DNA from: Paramecium tetraurelia
Taxonomy: Eukaryota
Assembly: GCA_000165425.1 (NCBI GenBank)
Contig: CT868041.1
Location: forward strand, 248,001 to 312,000
Direction of reading: 5' to 3'
Length of the DNA stretch: 64,000 bases
Shown here one piece after another: positions 27,603 to 39,372 of this stretch. The position numbers and the translations under genes were made by a program. Position 1 is the stretch's first letter; every line of letters begins with the position of its first letter. Below the pieces are notes generated by a model. It ran no database searches. It was not told the DNA's origin and worked only from the letters and a program-made list of their open reading frames with translations.

Positions 27603-27960
27603 TATAAATAATTAGATTATAAAAAATGGAAATAGTGTAAAACTAAATAGAACATTATAATTTTGTTCTCTTTTTTAATCCCATAATTGAGTAGAAGGAA
27701 TTAAGCAAAGTTATATGTAATTGGAGCAATAATGTGTTGAGGTCATGTTAGTGAGTTACTTCTAAGGATATTCATCTACATATGAAAATTTAGAGACTAG
27801 AGAGGAAAAGAATATTATAATGGAATAACAAATCTCTAGGAAAATATTTACAAAACAATAAAAATTACAACTAGTGCCAAAAACACTTAAGTAAATTATT
27901 ATAAAAATTTCACTTACGCCGCTCTACATCAAACATTTTTTACATTTCTTAAATTTTATT
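27603..27960. repeat. ~360 bp dispersed element, copy 1 (inverted copy at 44303-44660)
   Basis: Its reverse complement matches 44303-44660 with 3 substitutions by eye; the flanks are unrelated. Confidence 0.95.
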
Positions 27961-28391
27961 ATTATTATAATAAAATTGTGTAAATATACTAATTTTAAAG
28001 TTGATAAACTACTACTTAGATAAAGAACAAAGGAGTATTGATTCTAAACTATAATATAGTTATGAATAGATAATTTTTAGATATTTGTTTATCATTAATT
28101 TTAGGATCATCTTAACTTTGCGCTTTATAAATTTTGTTACAAATAGATTTCACACATAAATAAAACAATATTGATATGATCAACTTGAGTTCATACATTC
28201 TCTGTTATTCTAAATTATCTGCTTTATCATTAGTAAAAAAAATAATTAGTCTAAATTATTCGTAGATTAGTATGTAGGTCTGTATTCTCTTAACTAATAA
28301 TTTCTAAGACTTCTATCCTATTTTCCTATTTTCTTTTCCATAGTTCTAATGAAATATTCATGAATCACTAAAAGAGATTTCATTGTATTAA

Positions 28392-29541
28392 ATGAAAAAA
28401 TCACCATTATTTATTTATTCTACCAGAATTGGTGCATACTATCATTTAACCCCATTCAATCAATAAACACTAAACTTAGAAACGGCTTTAATAAGTGCAG
28501 GTGATTTTTTTCATATGGAAAACACACTGAAAAAACTTGAATCATAACCAAATATGAGTTTTCGTAAGTACATTAATTAGGAAAAGAAAACCTTGTATAT
28601 GAGTTCGATTGATAACTATAAAATGAAATGCGTTGAAAGATCATCAAATTATGATGGTGTCAAAATTACTTAATTAGGAGGAAACAAATTCATAAAAAAT
28701 TAACAATACAATAATTTGGCTAGATTAATTAATCCAGATATATTGGTCTCCTTAACTGAATAATCAGAGATTTAAACAGGGTATAATTCTATAAAGAGAT
28801 CTGCTTAAAAATCAGCTAAATTTTTAAAAGAAAGTTTAAATGAATTAAAAGATACTTAAATTTGCATCTTTGGTGCAATCTAAGGAGGTTTAGATATTGA
28901 TTAAAAAATTATTGCAGCAGAAACATAAAGGTTTGCGGCTGATTATCAAAATTTCAAAGGTTTGACTCTCTATGGATTCAATTAAGAAGATTCTTGGAGA
29001 GAAAAGGACATGGCTATTTCAGCAATATAAACAGTCTTTCATGAATATAATTTATAATATGTTTTGGCAGGACACGGAGAGATCTTATCCATACTTTGGG
29101 GTATAAGTTGGGGCATAAAAGGGTTTGAAATTGAAGAACCTTTTCGATTTGCTCAAAATCACAAAGCACTTTTATTGCCAAAATTGGAAGCAAAAAAAAC
29201 TGAACTCCAATGCCTTTCTGGAGATAGAATAAACTTTTATGAATTAGAGGGCAAGAAAATACGTTTTGTGAATTTTGCTGTAACTTCAGATAGTAAAGAA
29301 AATGTAATATTTTCGATAAGTTTAATAGGTTCCAATCGATCCTGAATGTTCCTGTGTTGTATGCCGGAAACATACAAAATTGTATATATCTCATCTTGTT
29401 GAATGCAAGGAAATGAATTCTTAAGTATTATTGACAATTCACAATATCCATTAATATGTGTAACTCCAGTAGAAATTAGAAGAGATGCACAATTAACAAT
29501 AATTAAATCAATGGATTAGATGGGTTTTATAATAATTATGA
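28392..29541 (+). CDS. QTRT2: Queuine tRNA-ribosyltransferase accessory subunit-like (TGT family)
   Basis: N-terminal SPLFIYSTRIGAYYHLTP, IFGAIQGG, and zinc site PIDPECSCVVCRKHTKLYISHLVECKEMNSQVLLTIHN. No catalytic DSGG motif seen. Confidence 0.82.
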
Positions 29542-29580
29542 TATGAATATATAACAAAAATAGCATTACAATTACATGAA

Positions 29581-31172
29581 TCAATAAAGTGATTTTCTTG
29601 CATAAAACAATATGTATGGACTGCTACTGCCATCGGTATCATATCTTTATTGTTTTATATCAATTTCTCTAACATCAGAATCATTATAGCGATACCATTT
29701 CTAATTGTAGGGATTCTTACTATCACTTTATGAATATATAAATAATAATTACGCAGTGTAGTGTCCTCCATACAAAGTTCCACTATGATTTACTATTCCA
29801 CATAAGGAGTATTAACAGTTTTTGGTGGACTAGTCGACTAAAATTAAGAATGTCTTACGTGAATCCTAGATGAATTTAGTCATATCTAATTCCAATGGAA
29901 ATTTGACTCTATGATTTAATTTGTCGCTGGAAAATCTTCGGTAATCAAATCTTTTGATATGAAACATTAAGATATGAGGCAATCTCCAAATTGTAAATTT
30001 GCGTTTTACTTTTTAATGCTTTTTGCTTCATCAAACAATAACGATAAATTAAATACCATTTTGAACAATAATAATCATCAATAGTTTCTTCGATTACATA
30101 TTTATCTAATAGCCTATCTAAATCCATGTCTTCCAATATCTTAAATGCTCTTGTAAATGCTAAGGATGTATCTTAGAAGGTGTCGAATGCAAATGAACTG
30201 TAGCTACAAACACTACATTTGATAGTATGCAATAACTGTCCTTGGAAATAGTCAAGGACTAAACTATTCTCTCTGCTTTTTGAGTAATCCCACCATTCTT
30301 TACTCTAAAATATGATAACTGTTTGAATTACTAAATCTTATAGTGTTCTTCCATTAACATTGTCATTCATTTCTTTATAGGTTGGTTTACTCTTCACTCT
30401 GTTTAAGCCAAGACTTAGACCGTCTAACAGTCCTACTAAAAATTCTTGGGCATCTTACTGAGCATATCCTCTGAAACAGGGCATCACAATTTCTAAAAAA
30501 AATAGTAACTACAAAGGAGTTACCAACTGCTGATTTGATTCCATAGGGAGCAATAGATTGAAAATTTGGAGTGTTTCTGATGGTGGATACTAATTTGCTG
30601 TACTCATTAGGAACAGAGCTGTTTTTAGAATTCAAGTCTTTTAAGTAGTCACCATTTAAAAAATGTTCATTAAAAGCAGGAACATTAAGTAAGCACTGCA
30701 AAACTGAGTTCCTGAATATAATTAAATACAATTACATGAAACAGGTATTGCCAATATTTCTTAAACCGCATATGCCTTTGCTGACATTAATCATTGATTT
30801 TTATTAATATTATTCTGGTTGAGATTAAGTCATAGATGAAATTGTTGAAGTGGTCTTTTGAGTGGTCTATAGGGAAGTTGTCATGACACTTAATTGTTGT
30901 TATTAATTAATTTAAGAGGGATATTGTTTTTGGATGTTGTATTCAATAGCGCTTGTCTACTCGAATAAATAATAACAACTTACTTATTGTGATTGAGTGT
31001 TTAGTGTGGATGAACCGTATGTCGAAAAAGGGGAATATGTTTTGATCTCTTGAGTGGGTGTTGATTAGGTTTTATTAAGTAGCAATGGGTAATTGGGCAA
31101 CGCTTGCTATTACATTTTATCTTTGGTTGTACTTGGTGGTCTTTGATTATTAGTGAATATATTTTGTCTCAT
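29581..31172 (-). CDS. Ubiquitin-specific protease (USP2/USP8-like catalytic domain)
   Basis: Cys box [30 protein letters not shown], His box GIVNHSGTLYGGHYT, WYRYNDS, PYILFYAR. Confidence 0.92.
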
Positions 31173-31189
31173 TATTTAATTAATATAAA

Positions 31190-32901
31190 ATGGACGATTT
31201 AGATTTTGAGCAATTCCAGCGATACATACAATAGGAGCATCATCAAAGTTATAAGCATGATTCCAAGTTGAATGACAAAGAAAAGGATCGCGGACATGAT
31301 AAAAATAAAGATAAGCATAATAGGGAGAGTCATAAGGAAAGAGAAAAGGAGAGGGAGAGGGAAAGGGATAAGAGTGCAGAAAAAAAGAAAAAGAAGAAGG
31401 AGGAGAAAAAGGATAAGAAAAAGTAATTAACTTATTTTTAATGAAGTAGAAGATCAAGATCAGCATCAAAATCATCGAAGAAAAAAAAGAGCAAGAAAGA
31501 CAAGGATAGAGAAAAAGAGAAAGAATAACATTAATAAGCAATTACCACTTAGATATTAATGACTAATGATATCTAAAAGAAGAGGGAAATAGCTAAATAG
31601 AGGAAAATTGAAATTATGGAAGCAGAAATAAGAGAGTTGGAAAGGAAAATTGTTGAAGTAGAAAGAGAACTAGAAGAGGCTCATAGATAGGATTTGACTG
31701 TTTTAATGTATTGTTTGCCATTGAAAGCAAAAGAAAAGCACATATATTAGTTTTTCCAAACCGTAAAAAAATATCATTTACTTTTTATAGTTCAATTGCG
31801 GCAAAATTAGAGATATCAGAATTATAAGAGATCAAAAATCAGGTAGATCTAGAGGAGTAGCATATGTTGAGTTTTATTAAGAGGAATCCATTCCCATGGC
31901 CCTAGCACTAAATGATAGATTGTTTATTATGGATGGTCAATAAGTAGGCACAATTCCAGTTAAAATATAATTGAGTTAAGCTGAAAAAAATAGAGCTGCC
32001 AGAGATTAGAAGAATATGCAAATTAAATAAAACAAACTATAATCCATCTAAGACTTACAAAATATGAATGGTCCTGCAAGAGTTCAAATTACAGGCATGG
32101 CTGAGCAACTCTAAAAAATTAATGAAGAAGACATAAGAGAAGCTTTTGTGCCCTTTGGTACTATTGACACTGTAGAAATCCCCAAAGATGAATAAGGAAG
32201 GATGACAGGAGTTCTTTATGTTACTTATGAAAAAGCAGAATCAGCGAGGAATATGATTGAAGTCATTAACAATTAGCAATTTTTATTGAATGGAAAACCC
32301 ATAAAAGTTTAGCTGGTTTCTGGGGCCAATAATTATATGGACTTATAATTAGATGATGATTTAGTTTAGAATCCTGTAATGAGAATTACCCTCATGAAAA
32401 AATTAATGGATGACAACTTAATTGATAATGTAAGGGAATTATATATTATTGATAGATCAATTTACCTCCTTTGATGTCATAATTAGGCTTAACTGTTCAA
32501 AGAATCCTAAATATTATACAATCTCCTAATCCCTCTTTAGGTTGTATATCAGGTTGGATGCCTCTTAAACACAATCCACCGGCTTGTCCATGCATCACCA
32601 AAGTCATTGTATTGACTAATATGTGGACTGATTTGGAAATTTCTAATTAAGCTGCCATTGTAGAACTAAAAGAAGAAGTTGAGAGTATTTTAGTTTTTAT
32701 ATCATAGATGAATGCAAAAAGTATGGTGAAATTGAGATGGTATGGGTTGATAAAAAGAATGAAGGAAATGTTATTGTTGTATTCAAATAATGGGAAGCTG
32801 CTAAATAAGTAAATGTATTAATGAACAACAGAAAATTCGGCAATAAAGTTGTTTAAAGTTATTTCATTACAGAAAGTCAATTCATGAGCATCATCAAATG
32901 A
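31190..32901 (+). CDS. RBM39: RBM39/CC1.3-like splicing factor (RS/RE region, 2 RRM and a UHM)
   Basis: RE/RS-rich N-terminus, RRM CGKIRDIRIIRDQKSGRSRGVAYVEFY, and C-terminal UHM IVLTNMW..ECKKYGEIEMVWVDKKNEGNV..NRKFGNK. Confidence 0.85.
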
Positions 32902-32940
32902 TATAGTAATATATAATAATAAACATACAAAGTAAAGAGT

Positions 32941-34149
32941 TCATTTTTATAGTTTGATTATGTCTAAGGTTGAATTTTTGTTGAACTTCTTTAAATTTTC
33001 TAGATTTGGAAATAGTTTATCAAAATTCTTGGCTAAATTTAATACTTTATTTGATAATTCTACTGTTTCATCCTTGTCAACATTAAGCACTTGTAAAGTT
33101 TAAGAGATCTAAGTAATAATAGAAATAAATTGTTACAATTTCATCACTAGATTCTTGACATAACAGATTGCATCCAATTATTATACATGCTGCTGACAAT
33201 GATGAATAATTATATTAACTAATTAGTTCATAATCGTATAAAACTATTTTAGCTAAGTAGATAACAAGTTAATGCAGTTTCTAATACTAATTTATCAGTT
33301 GTAAGGTCATAGTAATAATTTCTGAAATCGTTGTCCCAACAAAGTTAAAATCTAAAGCCTAAGCTATTTAGCATTCTTTGTCTTTAATTTCATCCTTCGA
33401 TAACTTTTTGTGTGCTATTTTTTCATGTACTATTTGTAATTTTACTGGGTAAATCTCTTCAAACTTACTGGCAATGAACATACAAGTCACACCAACAAGA
33501 TGTAAATCTTGAGGAACATGTTATTTGGTTGTTAAATGTAAGAATGTATCCATCAATCTTACAGCCATGAAAAAAGTCTAATCTTTACATTTGTATGATG
33601 TTAAGACTTCAACCATCCAATCAACCATCTTGGCTCTTAAATTATTGCTTATTGTATGCTTTTTTAAAAACTCACACTTCTAAATAGAGTCTTAGGCCTA
33701 GTAATTAATAAGAATATTGTCTCCATAAAGATAAACCAATTTATTTTAAGGATTCTTCTATTCTTTATTTAAATTGTCTTGATTGCATTAACTAATTGAG
33801 GTAGTCTATCTCACTGTAATTGGGGAAAACTACGATTGACAGAAATTCTTACAATTTATTCAGTTGTAGAAACAGTTGTTTTTTACTTCACTTCTGGTCT
33901 ATAATGTAGACTTGATACATTTGGATTTCTTTGTGTTAAATAGTTTTATTGCTAAGGTTGTTGTTTGATGTCTATGCTCTTGAATTCAATTTCTGTAAAA
34001 ATACATCAAAATATATTACTTGGTTATCTATTTAGCAATGTTAATGAGACCAATTGAGTGAATGATTTTTAATTAGCTCTTTTGTCAATATTATTAGAGA
34101 CTTCTGCTTGGTTCTCCTTTTCAAATATACGTCTGGTAGTATCTTTCAT
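32941..34149 (-). CDS. Cyclin (second, different subfamily)
   Basis: LRAKMVDWMVEVLTSYKCKDQTFFMAVRLMD..LHLVGVTCMFIASKFEEIYP. N-terminus MKDTTRRIFEKENQ. Confidence 0.92.
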
Positions 34150-34329
34150 TGTTGTATAATTATGTTTAACAGATAAATAATTAATGAAATTTATTAATAA
34201 ACTTATTTTGGTATTTATTATATGAATATGAAATAGTTCGAAAATTATGAGAATAAATTTTATTTTAAATATGTTAAATTTTTATGTTATTTACTTCTTA
34301 CATCATCAAATTTATAATAATCAATGGTG

Positions 34330-34680
34330 AATAGTAACTTCACCATGTTTGCCGGATATGATGATTACATAATTATATAATCCACATAAGGTCTACTTAT
34401 AATATTTTCTACAAATGAATGATTCCTAGAACAAGGAAAAAAAACATCGGTTTAACTGTTTTCCCAATTATTGTAGGCCATTTAACTTCAGATGAGACTC
34501 CAGAAGCCTATAGACATAGGTTATTATTTTTAGGCAGCACTGTTATTCTTGGATGAATTAGTAATATTGGATTGTGATTTGTTGATAAACAAATAGAAGT
34601 AAAATGGCCAAAACTAGTCTCAAAGAGAATAATTAAGTTTAAGATTCTAACACAAACTCTGAGCCTAAACTAGATTGTAA
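34330..34680 (+). pseudogene. Probable relic of the 3' end of an MFS (MFSD1-like) transporter gene
   Basis: One frame reads NIGLTVFPIIVGHLTSDETPEAYRHRLLFLGSTVILG*ISNIGL*FVDKQ with two in-frame TGA and no intact 5' part. Confidence 0.5.
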
Positions 34681-35253
34681 TATTTAATTATACACAATTC
34701 ATAAATTATAACTCAAAGATTTCTTTTAGATTAAGATTGCTGTAATTTATTTTACTTTAAGACTCAACTATTTCATTCTTGAAACCATTCTTCTAGCAAT
34801 ACTTACTAATTTCATTTATAAATTCTAAAATCTTTAAAATATTCTCTTACTCAGTATATTATTTTTGGTTATTATGGAATATTCATTGATTATTCAATTT
34901 CTTATTATGATTTAATAGGGTGAATAAGCAATCAAATTATCATAATTCTAGTATTTTTAAAAGATTTCAATAGTTTAAAAACAACAGTAACTATTCTATA
35001 AAACAATATGTCCATTAAATATAGGACATATTATTAATAATAGGTATATTCTTATGCCATGTGTTCATATTTTAAACGTTATTGTTAAAAAGATTTAGTT
35101 GAATAATGAGCATAGAAATGTTATAAAATTTCCATTTTTCTATTTTATTTTAATATGAGCATTAAGAGTTTTTAGCAATTTTCTAGAAAAATCTAAATAA
35201 TTTAAAAGGCATCTCAGAACATTAAAAAGTGTAGAAATATTTAATTAGTTTGA

Positions 35254-36592
35254 ATGTTTTCAGGAGGTTTCAAAGGATTTAGTGGTTTTCCATTTGGAGG
35301 AGCAGAAGAAGAAAGTTCTACATCATAACCTTAAAATGTTGATAATAAATCATTGTATGAATTATTGGGAGTTCAACCAGGTGCCACAACAGATGAAGTC
35401 AAGAAGGCTTTTAGAAAAAAGGCAGTCAGAGAACATCCAGATAAAGGAGGAGATCCAGAAAAGGTATTTGCACCAAATTTAATAATAAGTTTAAAAAATT
35501 AACAGAAGCCTATGAGATACTGTCGAATCCTGAGAAGAAAGACCTCTATGATAGGTTTGGGATGGAAGGAGTGAAAAATGGTGGAGGAGGAGGAGATATG
35601 TCAGATATATTTAGTCATTTCTTTGGAGGAGGTCGTAAAGAATCAGGTCCAAAAAAAATGAAGGCTAAATTAAGAGAATTAGAAGTGACCTTAGAAGATG
35701 TGTATGAAGGAAAGATCATTCATCTTAAACATCAGAGAAAGAGAGTTTGTGAGGGATGTGATGGAAAGGGAGGAGCTAACTCTAAATAATGTTCAACTTG
35801 TAAGGGCAAAGGAGTTGTTTAAAAATTAACAATGTTAGGTCCAGGAATGTATTCGCAATCAAGTGGACCTTGCTCAGATTGCAGAGGTGAGGGTACCATT
35901 TTCTCAGAGAAGGATAGATGCAAGAAATGTTAAGGAAATAAAGTGATTGATGTGGAGAAAGTTGTGGAGATCCCTTTAGAGAAAGGTGTGCCTGAAGAAC
36001 ATGACTATTAATTTTATGGAGAATCAGATGAATATCCTGGAGTGATGGCTGGGGATTTGTATGTAAGAATTAGAATAAAGAAACATCCAATGTATGAAAG
36101 GAGAGGAGCAGATCTATATACAACCAAAAAGATTACATTATTAGAGGCTTTAACTGGCTGTTAATTTACACTTAAATTCTTGGATGGATCTTATCTTAAT
36201 GTATCCACAAAACCAGGAGAAGTTATCTCTCCAAGTATTATATTTCTAATAATATTGTATAGATAGTTTTAGAACTATCAAACATAAGGGTATGCCATTC
36301 TACAAAGATGCTATGCAAGAAGGAGATCTCCATATCTAATTCGAAATTGAAATGCCCACTGAATTAAAATAAGAGCAAATCAATGTTCTCAAAAATGTAT
36401 TTATTATCAAATTAAACTAAGATTTTACCTAAACCAATTGAAAGTAAAGTAAAATTTGACCCCAATAAACGAATCTTTTTGGAAGAATATGATGTTAATA
36501 ATCTTAATTCTAATCCAGAAGGGGGGAAGAGAGAGGAGGATGAAGAGGACAGTCAACCAAGAGGTCAAAGGGTTTAGTGTGCTTAATAATGA
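35254..36592 (+). CDS. DNAJA: Type I DnaJ/Hsp40 co-chaperone (Ydj1/DNAJA-like)
   Basis: J domain with [13 protein letters not shown] region, CxxCxGxG repeats, and C-terminal CAQQ encoded TGT GCT TAA TAA TGA. Confidence 0.95.
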
Positions 36593-36647
36593 GTTTTTAT
36601 GTTTCTATTTTTATTATAATTATTTGCTTAATAAATTATATTGCAAT

Positions 36648-38094
36648 ATGAAACAGGCAAGAATTACTCGACTCCATCCTATTTTAAGTCCTCCTAAAAA
36701 TGAAGAAGTAAATCAAATTGTGATAAAGTCTAGGCTCCTTTCTTTGATCCATGTCCAAAGTTCTAAACTTCATATCATCCCAAATGCAGTTTAGATAGGA
36801 TTATTTCATACTTATTTTTAAAGCAAAATGATATCAATGGTAAAACCTTTAGCTAAAGACGTATTTGCAAATTAGATGCAACTCAAACTTTTGATGGCCC
36901 ATCGAAGTGCAGAGTTCTTAAAATTCACCCTCCTGATGCCAATAAAATTAGTGGATGGTAGAATGTAGGAGGAGAAGTCTCGTATGATTATGATAATGGA
37001 TGGAAAACTCGATTGACTGATATTTGTACAGATATTTAAGAAGATATTAACATTATGAGGAAGGTTCTGATGGATGAAGGGGAATAAAAACATAATTATA
37101 AAGCAAGGATTGAATATTTAAGAAGATACATTGAAGAAATCAATAAGATGTACCATATTGTCAATCTAAAGGAAGACTTAAAGAAATTACGTGGTATTTA
37201 TAGGAAAAGTAGGGAGGAAATTAAATCATATGTCAAGTTTAAAGGAACTCGATTCTTTGAAATCGTTCCTTAATTGAAATAAACTTCTAAAACACCCACT
37301 GTCTTAGATGAATTCAAAGTATTTAAGCCACTATCAGACGAAAAATTGATTGAGAAACAAAAATATCTCGATGATTTATTCAAACATCTGAATAAAAAGA
37401 ATCAGTAAAAGGAAGTTAAAGAATAATTGGAATAACTTGATCAATTAGACAAAATGCTCTAACAATCTGGAGTCAAGATCGATCCCATTCAATCAGATCC
37501 TTTTGCTTCAAAAGATATTACGGTTAACAAAGAAATTGAAAAGAAGTTTGTTTTCGAGGAATTCATTGAAGAATCCAAATAATACGAAGATGAATAAGAA
37601 GGTGAATAGCAAGATGAAATCAATGAAGAAACTGAAAATACAAAAGGAAATAATTAAAGGCCAAAGAGAGCTTTTAGCTAAATTATTTCAACCAAATAAT
37701 AAGATAAAAAAAGTGCTGCCCAAGAATTCAATTCCTAACACTACTTATTTGAAGTGAAAGATGTGAATTCCTTTGGCTAACAAATTAGATTGAACAGATT
37801 AAATAAGATCATGAATGAAATGTTCAAAGAACAAAGAAACTTTTCTTAAGATCTTTAACAATATTCATATAATCATATAAAGCCTTAAACTGTCTCAAAT
37901 ATCTCGTGCGAAAATCTTTAAAGTCTCAAACATGTAATTTATTACTCATAACATAGAAACTCGTATAAAGCAGAGAAAAAGAATTAAAAAGAATGAACAA
38001 ATCATCAGTTTAAGAAATTGGAAAGAGAAGCTCAGTTCACGTTTCTGCATTTTATTCTACTGCAACCTCTAAGCAACAGCTAAAATTTTATTGA
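36648..38094 (+). CDS. Hypothetical protein
   Basis: Starts MKQARITRLHPILSPPKNEE, then a micro-intron and a long open code-6 frame ending ..KQQLKFY-TGA. Confidence 0.72.
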
Positions 38095-38333
38095 TAATTC
38101 TAAATTAATTAATGAACTATCATATAATAATAAGATTTTTTAATCCTCATATATTTACTTGAGTATAATTAATTGTCTATATTTAACTTTTAGTTTTTAT
38201 TCGAATACAAAGCTCATCGTGAAAGAGAGGGAATCCTCCTACTTCTGGTTTTTAGGCTCCAAATACAATTCAATTGATATAAATCCCTGTATATATATAT
38301 ATAACAATTAAAATTTATTATTAATTTTCAAGT

Positions 38334-39111
38334 ATGTTAATTAACAATACTACAGTAAACTAAAAGTTTAAAGTCTCAAATAATGAGAATCGAAACACAT
38401 AGGAAAGCTATTTTAAACAAGACAAGGAAAATTATTATAACCAATGGGAATTAAAATTAAAACAGAGGGAAACTTAAGTATTTAAATCACTCATCTATAG
38501 TTTAGTTAGAATAAAAATATAAAGAGTTAAAAAATTTCTCTAGAAAATTGAAGATTAAGAGTGATGAACTTGTGTAATAAAAATTAGAATTAGGAGAAAA
38601 AATAGAAAAATATAATCGACTTTTAGAATAAATAATCTAAGCATAAATGTCAGAGAGATAAGTGAGTAGAAATGCCTCATTAACGCCAAATAATAATATT
38701 ATAAAAACAAATAAAATTGGAATTAATGAATGTCAGCAAAGAGTTGCAAATTTACTGTAAAAAATTAGACACACCAGCAAAACTAATTTAAAAACTCAAT
38801 AATATTCTTATTTGGGAAATAATTCTGATTATGAAGAAATCCTATTTAGTAAAAGACAAAACCATTCTACTTCCTTAACAGGGATTATGAATATAAGTGC
38901 ACAAGATTAAATAAATTATTAACAGTAATAATAATAATAAAAATAAAATGAAATTTAATAATAAGAAGGAATAAACTAAAAATCATGCTTGCTTTGTTGT
39001 GAAAATGAGTTAATGAATCATGAATAGTAATTGTAATAAATGGAGACAAGCTAAAGGCAGTTTTATTCGAAAGTATATGAAGAAATGAATAAACTCAGGT
39101 AACAACTTTGA
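38334..39111 (+). CDS. Coiled-coil hypothetical protein
   Basis: Starts MLINNTTVNQKF, one micro-intron, ends ..MNKLRQQL-TGA. Confidence 0.65.
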
Positions 39112-39372
39112 CATTGAAATAATATATATTTATATCATTATAAATAATACTCAGGTGTTTTCTTAATACAAGTCAAAAATGATGGACTATTATGAAGATT
39201 AATTTAAAGTTAATTATAATAAAATCATGCTTAATTTGTTTGATCATTAGATTTATATAGATTTTAATTAAACTAATGCAAATTTTATATTTTGATGATG
39301 GAAAATCGAATACCTACATGTAATGAAATTGAATAAATTTTAAATCATTTCCATAAATTAATTATTATATAT

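Noticed and set aside
27603..27960. Repeat interpreted as a classical IES or a known snRNA/telomerase RNA gene
   Set aside because: The ends lack the TAYAG IES consensus, and I saw no U1/U2/U6 or telomerase template motif. ATCCCATAA only weakly resembles a ciliate snRNA upstream element.
31176..31541. 121 aa F/S/P-rich minus-strand ORF
   Set aside because: It is the antisense shadow of the RE/RS repeat region of the RBM39-like gene.
38190..38290. Short GC-richer patch between two plus-strand genes
   Set aside because: I recognised no convincing start, tRNA/snRNA motif or stable structure.
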